The notes under the pieces: generated by a model | Told to the model about the DNA's origin: nothing | The model's database searches: none | The model's input: the letters and a program-made list of their open reading frames with translations, nothing else | Position numbers and translations under genes: made by a program | Shown here: piece by piece, positions 27,002 through 42,263 of the stretch | Layout: every line of letters begins with the position of its first letter | Numbering within the stretch: position 1 is the first letter of the stretch | Assembly (NCBI GenBank): GCA_000320545.1 | Contig: ADNK01001510.1 | Span: forward strand, 87,466 to 151,465 | Length of the DNA: 64,000 bases | Direction of reading: 5' to 3' | DNA from: Bigelowiella natans CCMP2755 | Taxonomy: Eukaryota > Protista > Cercozoa

Positions 27002-28054
27002 CATACATCATAATCGTGTATTGTCTCTTCTTCTTCTATGTCAGTATTTATTACATAGGAGGCACTGTTTGCACTCGGGGTCTAAAGAAGAAGTAGTAGC
27101 CGTCGTCATCGATGATGATGATGATGATGATGATAATGATGATGTTGTCCTCTTTGAGCCGGGAGAAGGATTGCCTACGACAGCCAGCAATCGACGATTT
27201 CATCACACACACAATATGTGCTGTTTTGTGGAATAAAGATCAAGAGCAGCTCACAGACACATCATATGAAAAGACAAACCACCACCACAGTCCCATTACC
27301 ATCATTATCTTCTTCATCATCATCGTTATCACAATCGTTTTCACAACTTATCCCCCTCCTCCTCCTCCTCCTCATCATCATCATTATCATTTTTTCCATT
27401 ATTGTCACTTGTACCTTTTGCATCGTTCTTACCAGAACCCATTACCATTTCCGTATATACCCCCTGTAGTAATAATATAGCAAGATCACGAATTGTTTAC
27501 ACTAATATTGCAAAGGAGGAGGAGGAGGAGGATCATTCAACAAACGATATACTACTACTAGTAGTAGTAGTAGTAGTCGTAGTACTGCTTTTTTGAGTTT
27601 TTTCCTGAGACGATCTTCCTCATCAAACATTGTGCGTATTTCTGAGAGTAAGATCTTGTTTTCTGCACTTTTTCCTGAAATACCATATCATCAATCATCA
27701 GCCATCTATCATCACTACTACTACTAATGACGATGATGATGACCACCACGACAACGAAGAATCAATGTAGTAAGAGGTGAAATATAGGAGGAGGAGGAGG
27801 AGTATCACAGCACGTTCAACTCCTAATAATTCTGCCTCTTCCTCCTCCTCCTTCTCTTAGCATTATTATTCGTTTATGTAGAGTGCTGTTCTAGCAGCAG
27901 CAGCAGTAGTAGTAATAGTAGTAATAGTACCGAATTCCTCCTCCTTTCCTAACTCAATGTACTTCTTCTGCCTCTGCTCCGCAATGCGTAACAATAACCT
28001 TAATGGATGATGATATAGAGCAATTGATAAGAAATAATAATAATTAATGAATAT

Positions 28055-28085
<31 letters not shown>

Positions 28086-28218
28086 AGATACTTTACCGAT
28101 TAGTAGCAGTAGTAGTAGTAGCATATAGCCCAGCCCCCCCCCCCCCCCCCCCCCCCCCTCCTCCTCTCCCCCCCTCTCTCTCTATTCTGTTTCATCTGTC
28201 TATGATAAACAGATGATA

Positions 28219-28253
<35 letters not shown>

Positions 28254-29408
28254 ATAATGATGATGATCTATCTATAATATAATACTACCATTCATGGGGA
28301 AAGAGAGATAATCGTTTCATCTCACGGTATCGTTTCACACACTGTCGCCCATACGGAAACCACTCATCATATGCGAGATTTACCTAAGTTACACAATTAT
28401 TTATGTAGTAATAATAACAATCACCCAGCAATTTCATAAATCAATTAATGTCAATATCGATCTCTCACACTCACTTATAACCGCTACCGCTTCTGCCGCA
28501 TTTATATGTATAAATAAATATATATATATATATATATATACCGCTTCTGCCACATTATATCCGGCGTTGAAGCCACAATGATAACCTTGTTTATCGACGA
28601 CGATTTAACATCAATAAGGGGTGATGACAAATAAGTGCGTATCACCATCATCATCACCATCATATCATCCCAAAGATAGATATATGCATGATCAATAGCA
28701 TATTCCTAGTCTCTCATACGCTATGATTCAGAACTATATCAACTTGGTGTGTTTTACGATTATACTACAATACTTACTTACCACGTGGAAAAGTCACGAT
28801 AAACGAACCCTGTGATATTGTAATAAAATAATAATTATAATAATAATAATAATAATGAAAATACGACGTATATACTATGTTCTCCAATTAGTAATAATGA
28901 TGATAATGATTACAATAGTAGGAATGGTGATGATAATGATGATGGTGATGATGATGATGATGAAGAAAATGATGATAATGAAGAAGTTGAAGAGAAATGA
29001 TTCTACATAGGTAGGTATTGATGATAACAATAAATCATATATTCGTATTAGAGAGAGGAGCTAGCTGCAGGGCTGCTTTCCACCGAACAACAACAACAAC
29101 AACAACACGTTATTTTAGTAGTAGTAGTAGTAGTATTGCTATTGTGTACAGTACCACGTGACACTCATAATGATATTATAGCTCTAATTATTTGTACTAC
29201 CACTGATCAACATATTACTACTGATCAACGACTAATACAACAACAATAACAACAACTTATTATTCTTACCTCCCTTTGCACAGCCCGACAAACATTTACC
29301 TAAGGGATGACAGACAACAAGAACAAACATAGAAAGTGAATCAACAAAGAATGAAGAAAGAAAGGGAAGGAAAGGACGATGGGAAGAGGAACGAACAGAA
29401 ACACGCAC

Positions 29409-29450
<42 letters not shown>

Positions 29451-29524
29451 TTATATATGCATACTTTTTTTATATGTATTTACAGAAAAGTAGATAGACT
29501 CTCAATATTCATTATCATCTAGCA

Positions 29525-29558
<34 letters not shown>

Positions 29559-31082
29559 GCCATTATGATCTACAACAGTAGTCTTGTTCTTGTTGCTGTT
29601 CTTCTACTAGTACTAGTACCCCTGCAGCTATGAGCGTGGAGGGGTCAAGCATAGTCACTAACTTCTGCATCAGATCAGGTTCCCTAATCAAAATTCATTA
29701 TCATCATTTTATGTGTGCAGTCAGTCAGTAGAGAGAGAGGATATATAAGTTGTTACTATAAACTACATACATACATACATACATACATTTGGAAGAGGAG
29801 CGGCATGTGTGCTTTCATAGTCCTTTCGAGTGCCTTTGCATGTTGTGCAGGTGCAGCATACCACACCTATGATTATCATCATCATCATCATCATCGTCAT
29901 CACCAAGATATTGAACAAACAAGTGAGAATATAAGATGGAAGAATGAGACGAAGAGGAAGAAAAAGAAGAAGAGGAAAGAAGGGTTAGGAGGAGGAGGAA
30001 GAGGATCAGGAAAATACTACCTTAGGAGCTCCTTTATGCAAGTAGTTGATGGAGGGTAAATAGTTATCTTCTGTGTGCCTAATGATTGATGATGGATGGA
30101 TGGTGATGATCATGGTGGTGGTGGTGGTGGTTGTGGTGATAACAGCTAATAATAATTCTAGAAGATAGTAGTAGTATCTATCTCCAGCAAGGAATAATAG
30201 CTTTACATGCATTCACCACAACAATAATAAATAATAGGGATTTCTTCTCCTCCTCAATGACGAATAATACATAGGAACAATTACCATGGAAAACAATAAT
30301 AAATAATAGGGATTTCTTCTCCTCCTCAATGACGAATAATACATAGGAACAATTACCATGGAAAAGCAATTCCGTTTTATTTTGCATCATCATCATCATC
30401 ATCATCATCATTATCATCATCATCGTCATCAAGATGGAGAACAGCAACAAGACAACGCACCAACCAGCAAAATGAAGAGAAAAGCATTCCACAGTACACC
30501 CATGGCACCTGAACGTATTGATACACAGACTGTTGATAATAATAATAATAATAATCATCATCATCATCATCATGATCATGGTCATCGATTTTCCTTTTAA
30601 TGGGTGAATATACCGTAACTCCAGGCACCGATTTGTTCAGCAGATGCAGGGGAGACTCTTCTAGCACCGCAATACGATTTAAATTCCAATCACTACTACT
30701 TAGAGGTTGCCCGACCCCCCCACCCCCCCCCCCCTCCTCCCTCCTCCTCCTCCTCCTCCTCTTCCAAGTCATCATCATCATCGTCGTCGTCCTCACCAAT
30801 ATCGTTATCATCGTCACCATTGCCAGCATCATCATCATTCTCGATCTTGTAATTTTTCCTTATTTCACTGCTATTCCGCATATGATCATTAGCCTTCTTC
30901 CCCTCACCATCATTTTTACACAAATTTCTTGCCTTCTTTGTTGAATTCTTCAAGTTATTATTTCCATTCTTTTGCCTCCTCTTTTTCTCTTTCATCATCA
31001 TCTTGTTCTTTTTCTTCTTCTCGGCCCCAAATCTACCATGACGTAGTATATGCGGTCATCCACATCCAATTACATATATGGC

Positions 31083-31116
<34 letters not shown>

Positions 31117-31553
31117 ATTGTAATGGTAGTGTCTTATTATGATAGAAAGAAGTAGTCTTCCTCCTCCACAGGATAATAGTGATGACGATGATAGATAGAA
31201 AGTGAATAACGTAATGTAACGTAACGCATACCCGCTTCCAAGAAGTGAGCTATTGACATCATTGCCATAATCCACCTGCAATTCTGGATTACCAGTCTTG
31301 ACAGATTGCCAGTATCTACGCTCTATAGCACGGATAGGACGACTCCTCTCATGCTCCTATTAGTTGGTTGGTTATTTAGTTTGGTACTAGTATTTTATCA
31401 AGGAAATGATGATGATGATGATGATGATGATAATGATGATGATGACGATGATGATGATGATGGGTTCTTAGTCTACTTTTTATAACAAGAACATTGCCAT
31501 AGTAAGAGTTTAGAAAACAACTGTCAAGTATAAGTCAGTGCTACTTATTCGAG

Positions 31554-31586
<33 letters not shown>

Positions 31587-32538
31587 ACAGTAGTAGTAGT
31601 AGTAGTAGTGGTAGTAGCAACATGGTAACAACAACAACCTCTTATCATCATCGCTTGTTAAAATAGTATTGTTGTGAAGATTTATGTGTCATTAGACCAA
31701 AGGTTGTATTGATTTATTTCGATTGTTGTAGGTTGCTGGAAGATCATTGTTGTATTTTATTCTTGTTTATTCAATTGAACCAACGATCATTGTTGTATTA
31801 TATCCTTGTTGTTTTATTCAATTCAACCAACGAACGGTTATTTCGTATAACAACCAACCTCTATAATGGTGGACGATGCATTAGGAGGCGGAGTTGGGAT
31901 CTCTAGGGAGAAAAAAGAAACCAACACACAGGTAAGAAGGAGAGGGCTAGTACCAGTATATCTGGATCAAACGATCAAAGGATATTATTTTTATTATTAT
32001 TACTATTAAGAGCTAGTTGCTGCTACTTAATCTCCTCGCTCATCTCAAGATATATACGTCTCGATTTGCTTCTTCTTATAATTATTCATTCGTTATCATG
32101 CAACAACCACTGCACACGTTTAAGAATCTTCACTAAGTCGTATAAAATAATTAGAGGTGATATATGTTTGGAAAACCAACAAGCATCTACAATGGCCATC
32201 ATCATCATGGTCATCATCATCGCTATCGTCATCACCTAATTCGTCTAGATGTTTCCGTTCAAAAGCTCTTGACATATCTCGGTATCTACAGTACGTATGA
32301 ATGTAGGAATGAGTGTCACATATAATATAATCTCAATATCATCTGTATTTAGTCAGTGATAAGTGTAAGGGTCTAAATCAATCAATCAATAAGGATGAGC
32401 TTCATGTTTAACCGTCGCCAACAATAAATAATCGCTCACTGACTCACATGATGATGACTTTGCCGCAAAACAAATATGATGCAATAACGTCACAAATGTG
32501 ATATATTTTACATAGATCTAGGATACTACAGAAGATAA

Positions 32539-32615
<77 letters not shown>

Positions 32616-35370
32616 TTCTTGTAGTATTTTTAATAAAGATTACTCTTTCAAAGTATAATCTTTGCCTTCATCAAAGCCCTGTGCTTCCTGTAGTCGATGG
32701 ACATGTTGGCGACGTGTAGAGAATCGATAAGTGTGGGGATTTATATGAAACCCCGGAGACCATCCTCCTTTTGGTGGAACAACGCTGCGGAAGAAACAAC
32801 AACAACAACAACATTAACATTAACAAGAAATATCATAATGATGAGTGAGTATGGTGATGAAAACAAATCCAAAAACAAATGTAGCAATTCTGACGAATAG
32901 CAGCCCTTTAATTTAATTAACAATCAGCAGCAGTAGCAGTAGCAGTAGTAGTAGTAGTAGTAGTAGTACTTTAAAATTCCCCATTTTTCACCAATCGGAT
33001 GCAAGCTACGGATGTAGCGAATGGGGTTTTTGAATTCTTGAGGAGTAGGATAAAATACAGGGCACTCAGGGACCTCATTCAGATCAATACGCACCTGCAA
33101 CAAACAACAATAACAACAACCAGCAGAAGAACAATATTATACTCATGGGAGAGAAATAGTCTGCTGCCGTAGCGTAATATGGAAAATTGAAATGAGAATA
33201 CTAGTGTAGTAAAGGTGGCGGTGGTGGTGGTGGCCTCTTTTGTTTGTATACAACTATCTATGGAAAAGTAGAAGTAAGTCATGGAAAGAGCAAGCCAAGA
33301 TGAGCAATCAGAGGAAGAATAATACGTCAAGTTGAAGAAAGCACTACCAAAACAATAACATCTAATGATAATGCTACACCAAGAGTGAAATACTTCATAT
33401 ATTATCAATCAGTTAGTGCGACAGAATACTAGTGATCATTGCTACCTGTGACAGCTTTGAATTTTCCAGTGCTTGCCGCAGCAACTTTTCCTCTGCGTTT
33501 TGACTTAAAGGAATCTCTAGAAGAACGTCTGATAGTATCCTTCCGTTTTGAGGGTAAACAAGGCAATCATTCAACTACACCATTTTATACAATTACTGAT
33601 ATATGAACCAATCATAATAAACACATGCACTACAATGCATCTTTGAATTTCATGTAGTACAAGATGTGTTCTACTCCTGGTGGTGATGGTGGTGGTGGTT
33701 CTGCTGATGCTAAAATGGATTATTGATCAACGCATTGCAGTGTGTTTGTAGTAGTAGTAGTAGGTGGTAATAAGCTGTCTTCCTACATGCCCTGCTTGCT
33801 ACTACTACTACTACTACCCGTTAGAGTCGCAGAATGTGTTATTCTTCAGTTGTTTCGCCGTTGTTATTCTTGTAGAACTATGGCCTCCCCCCTCTCCACC
33901 CCCCCCCCCCCCTCCTCCTCCTTCACTGCCAGCTGCGTTGTTCTTCTTCGCCCGGCGCACACGCTTCTTTCCTGAGCTACTACTACTGGTGTTGGTACTA
34001 TTACTGCTGCTGCTGGTATCCTCCATATTCCCACCACGCGCACGTTTCGATCCATACTCAGCTGAAAAAGTAAATAGATGAAATATAGATGGAATAATAA
34101 TGGTGAAAAGGGCGGAGCGGGGAAGAATGGGGGATAGAAGGAACAAAAGGGGGAATTGAATACAAATACTAGCGGTTTCTATTTCATTTATCCCATAGGT
34201 CTCACACAGAAATGTGCAGAATATTTTTCGCAAATTCAAGCAAATTCAACACCATAAAATAAAAATATATTGGTAAGAATATATATTGTACATAAGACTA
34301 AACTATACAACTTGAGACATGAAATGCCAAGGCAAAATCTAAATTTTTCAACAGACGTGCCGTAATCACAGCCCAGTTTCCCATTACCGTGTTCTTTTTT
34401 TATCCGGGTTGACGATAGAGAGGATGGGGGAGATGAAGATGGTGATAATGACTTCATCTGTGAACAATAAAAAGGACAAGAAATTGTATATTCTCAAATC
34501 ATAATCGGAGAATACCGTCTTATAGTCTAAACCTTGGTGTGGATTTGTGTTTTCCTTTTAGACATTAGGAGAAATCCTGGTTTAGGAAGTAGGCGGACTG
34601 TTTCTGCTTCTATTCTTTCTTCCTGCGAACAATTTCCACACCGCCAAGATGACTTTGAGGCGACCTCGGCGCAATAAACATGAACCTGGAAAAGAGGTAT
34701 CCAATTTTCTCACAATTTATTTTCTCACAATTTCTATCTAGTTTTCTTGAAATATTACACTATGGCTACCATCACACTTTCAACATCATCGATAACATTG
34801 ATTATTTTCTAAGTAATAATTTTCCGATATCGCTCTCATTTGTTCCCAGAATCTTTCTCGATTGGCATTTGAACCTGAACGGATCGGCAACTAGAACATA
34901 TCGCCATCATTTCTGGATCCTCATCAGAAAGACAAAGCTCACAGAGAAGGAGATCAGATGAACCGAAGCTCATCTTCGTACGCTTCTGAGGGGATGGGAG
35001 ATAGCGTATCGAAGAGTAAATTGAAGTGTGAATTGAAGGGTGAAGTGCGTTTCTCCTTAAGAGCAAAGCAATCTATGTCGAAAAAATAAATTTTCTTCTC
35101 GGCTAGAAAACAAGCACTGACGATTTCACCCAAAATATCCACCAAGAGATTATGCTCTGGCGTCTTCACGATGAGATTCATGGTAATCGCTTGTGTAATT
35201 TTCAAAAGTTTGTTGTCGTATCTTGTATAGCCGATGAGATACGTCTATCCGACAAATTAGATATTCGGTGCGTTTTTTTCAGGGTAAAGGTGCCGGTCGG
35301 CCGCGTAGATGGTACTGAGATGCCTTCAGCTTTAAGTTTCTGGAAATGTTTTCTGCTTTTGATAAGGCCC
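26288..35370 (-). CDS. KDM5/JARID1-like JmjC histone demethylase (PHD-JmjN-JmjC-C5HC2); 5' end uncertain
   Basis: PHD CELCLSDEDPEMMAICSSCRSVQ-VHVYCAEVASKSSWRCGNC. JmjN PECPVFYPTPQEFKNPIRYI...ILKVVPP. JmjC [61 protein letters not shown]. C5HC2 CLLCKQHCYLSYMTCFC..VVCLHHIRYLCAC. Confidence 0.88.
30221..30364. repeat. 72-bp tandem duplication in a JmjC-gene intron
   Basis: Two consecutive copies of acaataataaataatagggatttc...ttaccatggaa. Confidence 0.85.
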
Positions 35371-35799
35371 TAAATAAGTGATAACAGTATAAGTGCGTCT
35401 AGGATTTTGAAAGGACGGCAGTAATGAATCACCTTATAATTGGCACATTAATTGCACATAAAAATTGAAATAATTCCCACTATAAGAGAGATAAAAGAGA
35501 GTTAAGGTTACTTAATTCGTTAGATTTTGGTAGGAAATAGAAGACTGAAACCCACAAGAGAGAGACGGGTTGCAGCCGACGTGCTGTCTACGTCTACGCA
35601 ACATCACATGACTCACTTGGCACTCTCTTACAACTATTACCCAACTCTCTTTCGTAGGACTGTTTTGGTACAAATTCGGTACTTATTGTCTCTTTTTGAT
35701 GAGACAAAGAGAATTTACACTGTGTTTGGTCTTTAATTCCTCGCAGGGCCCCTACTTTCAGCACATAACTTGAAGACATTTTTTGTTACATAGCGGAGG

Positions 35800-38356
35800 A
35801 TGTACGGCTCCCACCCCCATAATGACCTCGAGACCCAGCAGGTTCATCCTTCCATGAAGGCAAACAAGAGATCCCCTCTTCTGAAGGCTCTCTTGGCAAG
35901 CGCGGTCTTCCTTTCCTGTGCAGTTGCCTTCGTGGCTGTCAGGAACGCGCAAAGCGGTAATGACTAGACAGTTTTTTGAAACTAATTAAGCAAGAATACA
36001 TTTGATTATAGAGATACAATCATTATAGTTGGAAAGTATATTTGTGCTAGATTGAATTTGAAAACAAAGGGAGAAGAGCGGGGGGGTTAAAGGGGGGATG
36101 TACCAGTATACAAGTTTGAGACAAGAGAAATGATGAATGCATGATAATTATCTGTCTTTACGGTTTACAGGCAATCTTGAGGCCTCTGTTGCCAATCGTG
36201 TCAATGTGATGCCAATGATGACGCAATTCCGTGCCCCAATGCACATGGCTCCTCAGCATCATCGCCAATCAGAGATGAAAGTACGATCTGCTGCCCAGAA
36301 GCATGTTGCATCTACGGTCGCACCTCCTGCATCTATTACTGAAACTGAGATGCAGTCCCTTGCCCGTGCTGCTGACGAAGAACGTGGATTGGCTATGGAC
36401 GGTGTCACTGCTGCAAACTCTGGTCACCTCGGTCTTCCTCTTGGAGCTGCTGAGATTGGTGCTATTCTCTGGGGAAAGTCTATGACCTACAATCCAGAGG
36501 ACCCTAAGTGGATTAACCGTGATCGATTCATCCTCTCTGCAGGCCATGGATCTATGTTCATCTATTCCTGGTTGAACCTTGCTGGTTATGATCTCCCCAT
36601 GGAAGAGCTGAAGAATTTCCGTCAGCATCACTCCATGACCCCAGGTCACCCTGAGTTCCCTAACTCTGAGCATACCACTCCTGGAATCGAGTCCACCACT
36701 GGACCTCTAGGACAGGGTGTTTCGAATGCTGTTGGTATGGCTGCTGCTGAGAAGATGGCTGCTGCTACCTACAACACAGAGGAGCATAAAATCATTGATA
36801 ACCACATCTTCGCTCTTGCTGGAGACGGATGTCTTCAGGAAGGTGTTGCTTTCGAGGCTGCTGCTTTCGCTGCACACGAGAAGCTTGACAACTTGATCGT
36901 TCTATACGATGCTAATGATGTCACCCTTGACAAGATGGCTGAATTCACACAATCTGAGGATGTCATCACCCGGTACAAGGCTATGGGATGGGATGCTGTT
37001 GTTGTTGATGGCCATGATATTGAAGCAGTCTATGCCGCTATTGAAACTGCAAAGGCTGAGAACAACGGAAAGCCAAAGCTCCTTATGTGTCGCACAGTGA
37101 TCGGTAAGGGTATCGATGAGGTTGCAGGAACCAATGCTGCTCACGGAGAGGCTGGCGTCAAGTTTACTGATGAGTCTCGTGCAAAGCTTGGACTCCCAGA
37201 GGAGAAGTTCTACGTCTCTCCTGAGACCCGCGATTTCTTTTCCAACCGTAAGACTGAGTTAAAGGCTACTTACGATCAGTGGCAATCTACCTTTACCGCT
37301 TGGAAGGCTGCAAACCCTGCAAAGGCTGATCAGCTTCAGAAGGCAGTTGACCGTCATACTCCTTCGGTAGAGGAGATGTTCGCTCAGATCCCTGCTCGTG
37401 ACGATATTTCTGCTGAGGCAACTCGTATCTCTGGTTCCACTGCTCTCAATGATATTGCCAAGATCTTCCCTGATGTAATCTCCGGATCTGCTGATCTCCA
37501 CGGTTCCAACAAGAACTACATCTCAGGAGGTGGAGACTTCGGGGGAGAACCTTCACTTGGAAAAGATTACACTGGACGTAACGTGTACTACGGTATCCGT
37601 GAACACGCTATGGGAGCTATTATGAACGGATTCGCTTACTATGGACTTAACCGCCCTTCTGGAGCGACGTTCTTGGTTTTCGCTGATTACATGCGTTCCC
37701 CTGTGCGTGTTGCTGCACTAGCTGAGCTTCCTGTGAGCTATATTTGGACTCATGATTCTATCGGTGTTGGAGAGGATGGTCCTACTCACCAGCCTATTGA
37801 ACAGGTCTCTTCCCTCCGTCTGATCCCTAATCTTGATGTCATGCGTCCTGCAGACCCTGAAGAGACTGTGGGAGCATACGTTGGTACTATGGAACGTCAA
37901 AATGGTCCAACTGCTCTCATCCTCACTCGTCAGAATGTTCCTAACCTGAAAGAAATCCCTGTTGAAACCCGCCGTATGGGAGCGATTAAGGGAGGCTACA
38001 TCGCTAAAAAGGAAACTGGAGAACTTAAAACCATCATTCTTGCTTCTGGATCCGAGCTCAGCACTGCCATGGATGCTGCGAAGCAGATGGGTGATGGTGT
38101 GCGTGTTGTATCTATGCCTTGCATGGAGCGATTTGACCGCCAAGATGACAGCTATAAGGCTGAAGTACTTCCAGCCTCGTGCCGTAAGCGTGTTGCTATC
38201 GAAGCTGGTGCATCCGGTATGTGGTACAAGTACGTTGGTCTTGACGGTAAGGTGATCGGGGTTGACAGATTCGGTTTCTCTGCACCTGGTGACATCGTTT
38301 TCAAGGAACTTGGTTTTACCGCTGATAACGTGGTTGCGACAGCAAAGGCTCTCTAA
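35800..38356 (+). CDS. TKT: Plastid-targeted transketolase; exons 35800-35956 and 36171-38356
   Basis: Motifs [50 protein letters not shown] and [15 protein letters not shown]. Exon 1 encodes a signal peptide ([21 protein letters not shown]), followed by a transit-like segment. Confidence 0.95.
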
Positions 38357-39210
38357 ATTGCAACGTCACAAATAAAACCGTACTAAACTGTACGTAAAGT
38401 TACATCGCGGCTTTAAGGTTTAGCCCATTAGGAAAGAAGATAGTGATGCTACCTTCGCACCGAGATTCATGTCATCACTGTGCATCTAATACAGCATTCT
38501 ACATGAGCATCGCTTGAAATCATAGCATCACACACAACGGTTTTCGGTAAACTTGAAAAGCACACTCATTGGCATGTGCTCATTGATCTACATGTAGTGA
38601 TGTCTGAAAAATGTGCGAATTCTCTTGCATTTCACGTTGACATTCAATGATGCATGAGCGCTTCACATGTGAGACGGATGTAATGAGGTATGATCAAATC
38701 TTTTCGATCAATGGTCATCCTGATGTAGCTGTGCTGCTTTGCATCTGCTGTGCCCATGAATCTTGTCATGTCATTCTAGCAATTTAGTTTGGCGCAGTAG
38801 GTCCGCAGTGCTAGATCGAATAGGTCATGTTTTGGGTTGCGATTTTTGCGGCTTGCGTGGGTGGAAAAAAAAACTGGAGCATGCTCCATCTGCTGCTGCG
38901 TTAGCATCAAAAGTCATCATTATTGCGCAACAAAACGTGCGTACAGAGGTATAGTATAGAGGTGGACTTGTAGGAGTTCAGCAAGTCTAGTATTGCATTG
39001 TGCATGTGCAAAGCAAAGCATGATTGCAACTGCCGCTGCTGTATCGTACATGTGCCTAGCTAGCTAGTTTGTGTGCGACGACGAAATTGAATGGTGCATG
39101 AGCATGCGCGCATGAGTAGATTTGATAATGAGATGCGGATCATCATGTCAAAAGATCAAGTAGCACCGGACACCATAGGTTCTCCCATATGTAAGTGTGC
39201 TTTTCTTCTT

Positions 39211-39511
39211 TCATAATTCCTTCCACCCAAGATTACCTTGCCGCATCAGCCAAAATCTGTAAAAGTAACATTCTTATTCTGCCCTTATATATGAATTAAC
39301 AACCATGCTCTTACCCCTCTATCTCTTCGTCACCAAGTTCCTGCATAAAGAGATTTTATTGATCAGTCATTCTGTCCACTGTCTATTTTATTTGGATCAA
39401 CGAATACCTTCCTTCGATTGAAAACAATATCCATGAGACCAAACTTTGGCAGCTAACAATATGGTAAAAATTAATAATAATAATATCACACACGCACAGA
39501 AACCCACACGT

Positions 39512-39556
<45 letters not shown>

Positions 39557-40587
39557 GTATGTGTGTATTTTATCAAAATATACAATATATTTTTTTGGCA
39601 TTATATCTGGCAATCCAGCATTATATAATCGTAGATATTTAATGATGGGAGAACACTTTCGTGCCATCATCTGTTATATGACTTACTTGGTGAATAGCTA
39701 AAAAATGCAATCCTCCCAAAGCTTCCTGCATATATTCAAGAAACGTCTCAGGCAAAGAAAGTGCGTTGTAAAATACTAATAATAACCTTTCTTGCTTCAA
39801 AGGATGCTGCCTCTCGTAACAGCCTTTCGTCATCTAGACGGCCAACCTAATAATACACGTGTTTCATTCAGAATTCCTACCTCACTATCATTTCCATGCG
39901 TATTTGCGTGTTGTTAAACTCGTTGGATCGAATTTGGTATTACTGATATATACGACGACTATGACGACTATGACCTTCCATTTGTCTTCAACACCAACAT
40001 CATATACAATTTCTCCTCTGTCTTCATCGATAGACACCTTCATTTTCAGCAATTGAAAATGAATAATTAGAATGTTAAATAAATTGTAAATTTGAAGTTG
40101 TAGTTCATTCAGTGTAATAATCCATTACAAGACAATTATTTAGTCTGCTTCATATTTAATCGATCTCCTCTCTTCTTTCTTGGATGATGGATGGACTTAT
40201 GATACCGAGGATATGTCGCCACTATCAACCGCAACACCTGTTTATATGATATTTCATGATTCGTATGGTGTAGTCGGTGATAATTTCTTCATTTTTAGAC
40301 GCTGCTAATTCATTAGTAGGAATAGTGTGTATAAGGGGTAGATGTATTCTTAAATCCTATGAAAAAGAAATTTATACGATAGGTATGAAGTTAAATGTAT
40401 CATCAAGCAGAACTGAGTGATGATGATGATAATGATGGCTAATCTCATAAAGCTATAATTAAACAGCAGTAACACCTTGAAGGGCAACTGCCAATGCACG
40501 CGCTCTGGTGCTAAAAAAAGAGGATAGAAAGTCAGATTGTAGAAAGTGAAGGGAAATTTGAGAAGGAGGGAGGGAAGAGGAAAGGTG

Positions 40588-40620
<33 letters not shown>

Positions 40621-40928
40621 CTGCCATGATTACTATAATCATAATGATGACATTCAACATTACCTGTACACCACCAACCCAGGAATCATAGTACTTTTTG
40701 GAATAGAATCTGGAATCTAATACGAAGTATCATCATTTAGTACTACGCCTAATCTTTGTTATTATTACTAATATTCATAATAATGTTGCGGTGATGTTTA
40801 ACGTTGTTGGTGATAATGATAATGATGCGGATGGCGGGAACTCTCCCTCTGATAACATCTCAGGATTACATGTGGAAAAAACGATGGCCTCTCTCCAGAT
40901 TCTGTACGTCATTCTGGGAAGTCATCAT

Positions 40929-40960
<32 letters not shown>

Positions 40961-41710
40961 CAAACATACCGGACAAACACGGCCAGCTTCCTTCATATCT
41001 TTCGTATTTTCAATTATATCTGCCAACTGAACCTTTAATGGTAAGAATATAAGTAGAAAAGCAATATTAAATATTTCTGTGTTATCTAACTGGCAGCACA
41101 ATCCCCACCATGAACAATAAAAGTAACAACATTTACCTTATTTACTAATTGGACTTATTTAAAAACTACTTGTTTTATTATAACCATTATCAACTTGGAA
41201 AAGACTTGGAAATATATTTTTGATGGCAGATACTATATGTGTTAGTTTGAGGATCTTCTTCTTCTTCTTCTTCTTCTTCTTTCACATGCTCTAACAACAA
41301 TATTAGTTGATCTACCACCTCCCCCTACCTATCTTCCTCCTCCTCCTTACTTACTAGCTACTTACTACAACTTAATACGATCACTAACTACTACTACTTA
41401 CTTCCCTACCTACTTACTTACTACAACAACTTACTACACCAACAGCTAACTACAACCACTAACTACTACCAACTACTGCTACTACTACCTCAGAGAAACT
41501 CCAGTCCTCGCCTTCCAAATACATTGGAAGTTTCTCAGACGGACGCGTGTAAACAAATCCCGCTAATGAAGGAGAAAAATCAGGAAGAAGAATAATCATG
41601 TTCATTTCTATAATGAGCGATGATAATGATGACGACGATAATAACGTTATCGATGATGATGACGATGATGGTGATGATGATGATAGTAATGCGACAGTAG
41701 AGAATATCTC

Positions 41711-41757
<47 letters not shown>

Positions 41758-41871
41758 TAAATTGTCATGTAGCTAAAACACAGCACTGGCAATAACCTCG
41801 AATCATTTTCAGATGAAGATGATGGTAACAGTAGTAGTTTTATTGGCAGTAGTAGTAATAGTAGTAATAGC

Positions 41872-41902
<31 letters not shown>

Positions 41903-41937
41903 TAAGTAGTAGCTACAGTAATAGTAGTAATAATAGC

Positions 41938-41968
<31 letters not shown>

Positions 41969-42211
41969 TAAGTAGTAGCTATAGTTTTTCTTCACTTACA
42001 TTGAGATGAGCCGACATTCTTTTTTTTCTTTGGTACAAATCCCTCCATAAAGGGGTACACCTTATCATCAACGATTACACTACTTTTACCACCACAAATT
42101 ATTAACTTCTTGAATGGTATGGCAGTTAGTTCATGTTAATATAGATAGCTCTCTCTGTATCAAGAAAGGAGTACTGGAATAAATTGCAGATAGGATGCTA
42201 TATTATATGTG

Positions 42212-42263
<52 letters not shown>

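Noticed and set aside
36137-36170. Transketolase start at 36137
   Set aside because: Lies in the intron ending TTTACAG at 36170. The upstream exon supplies the signal peptide.
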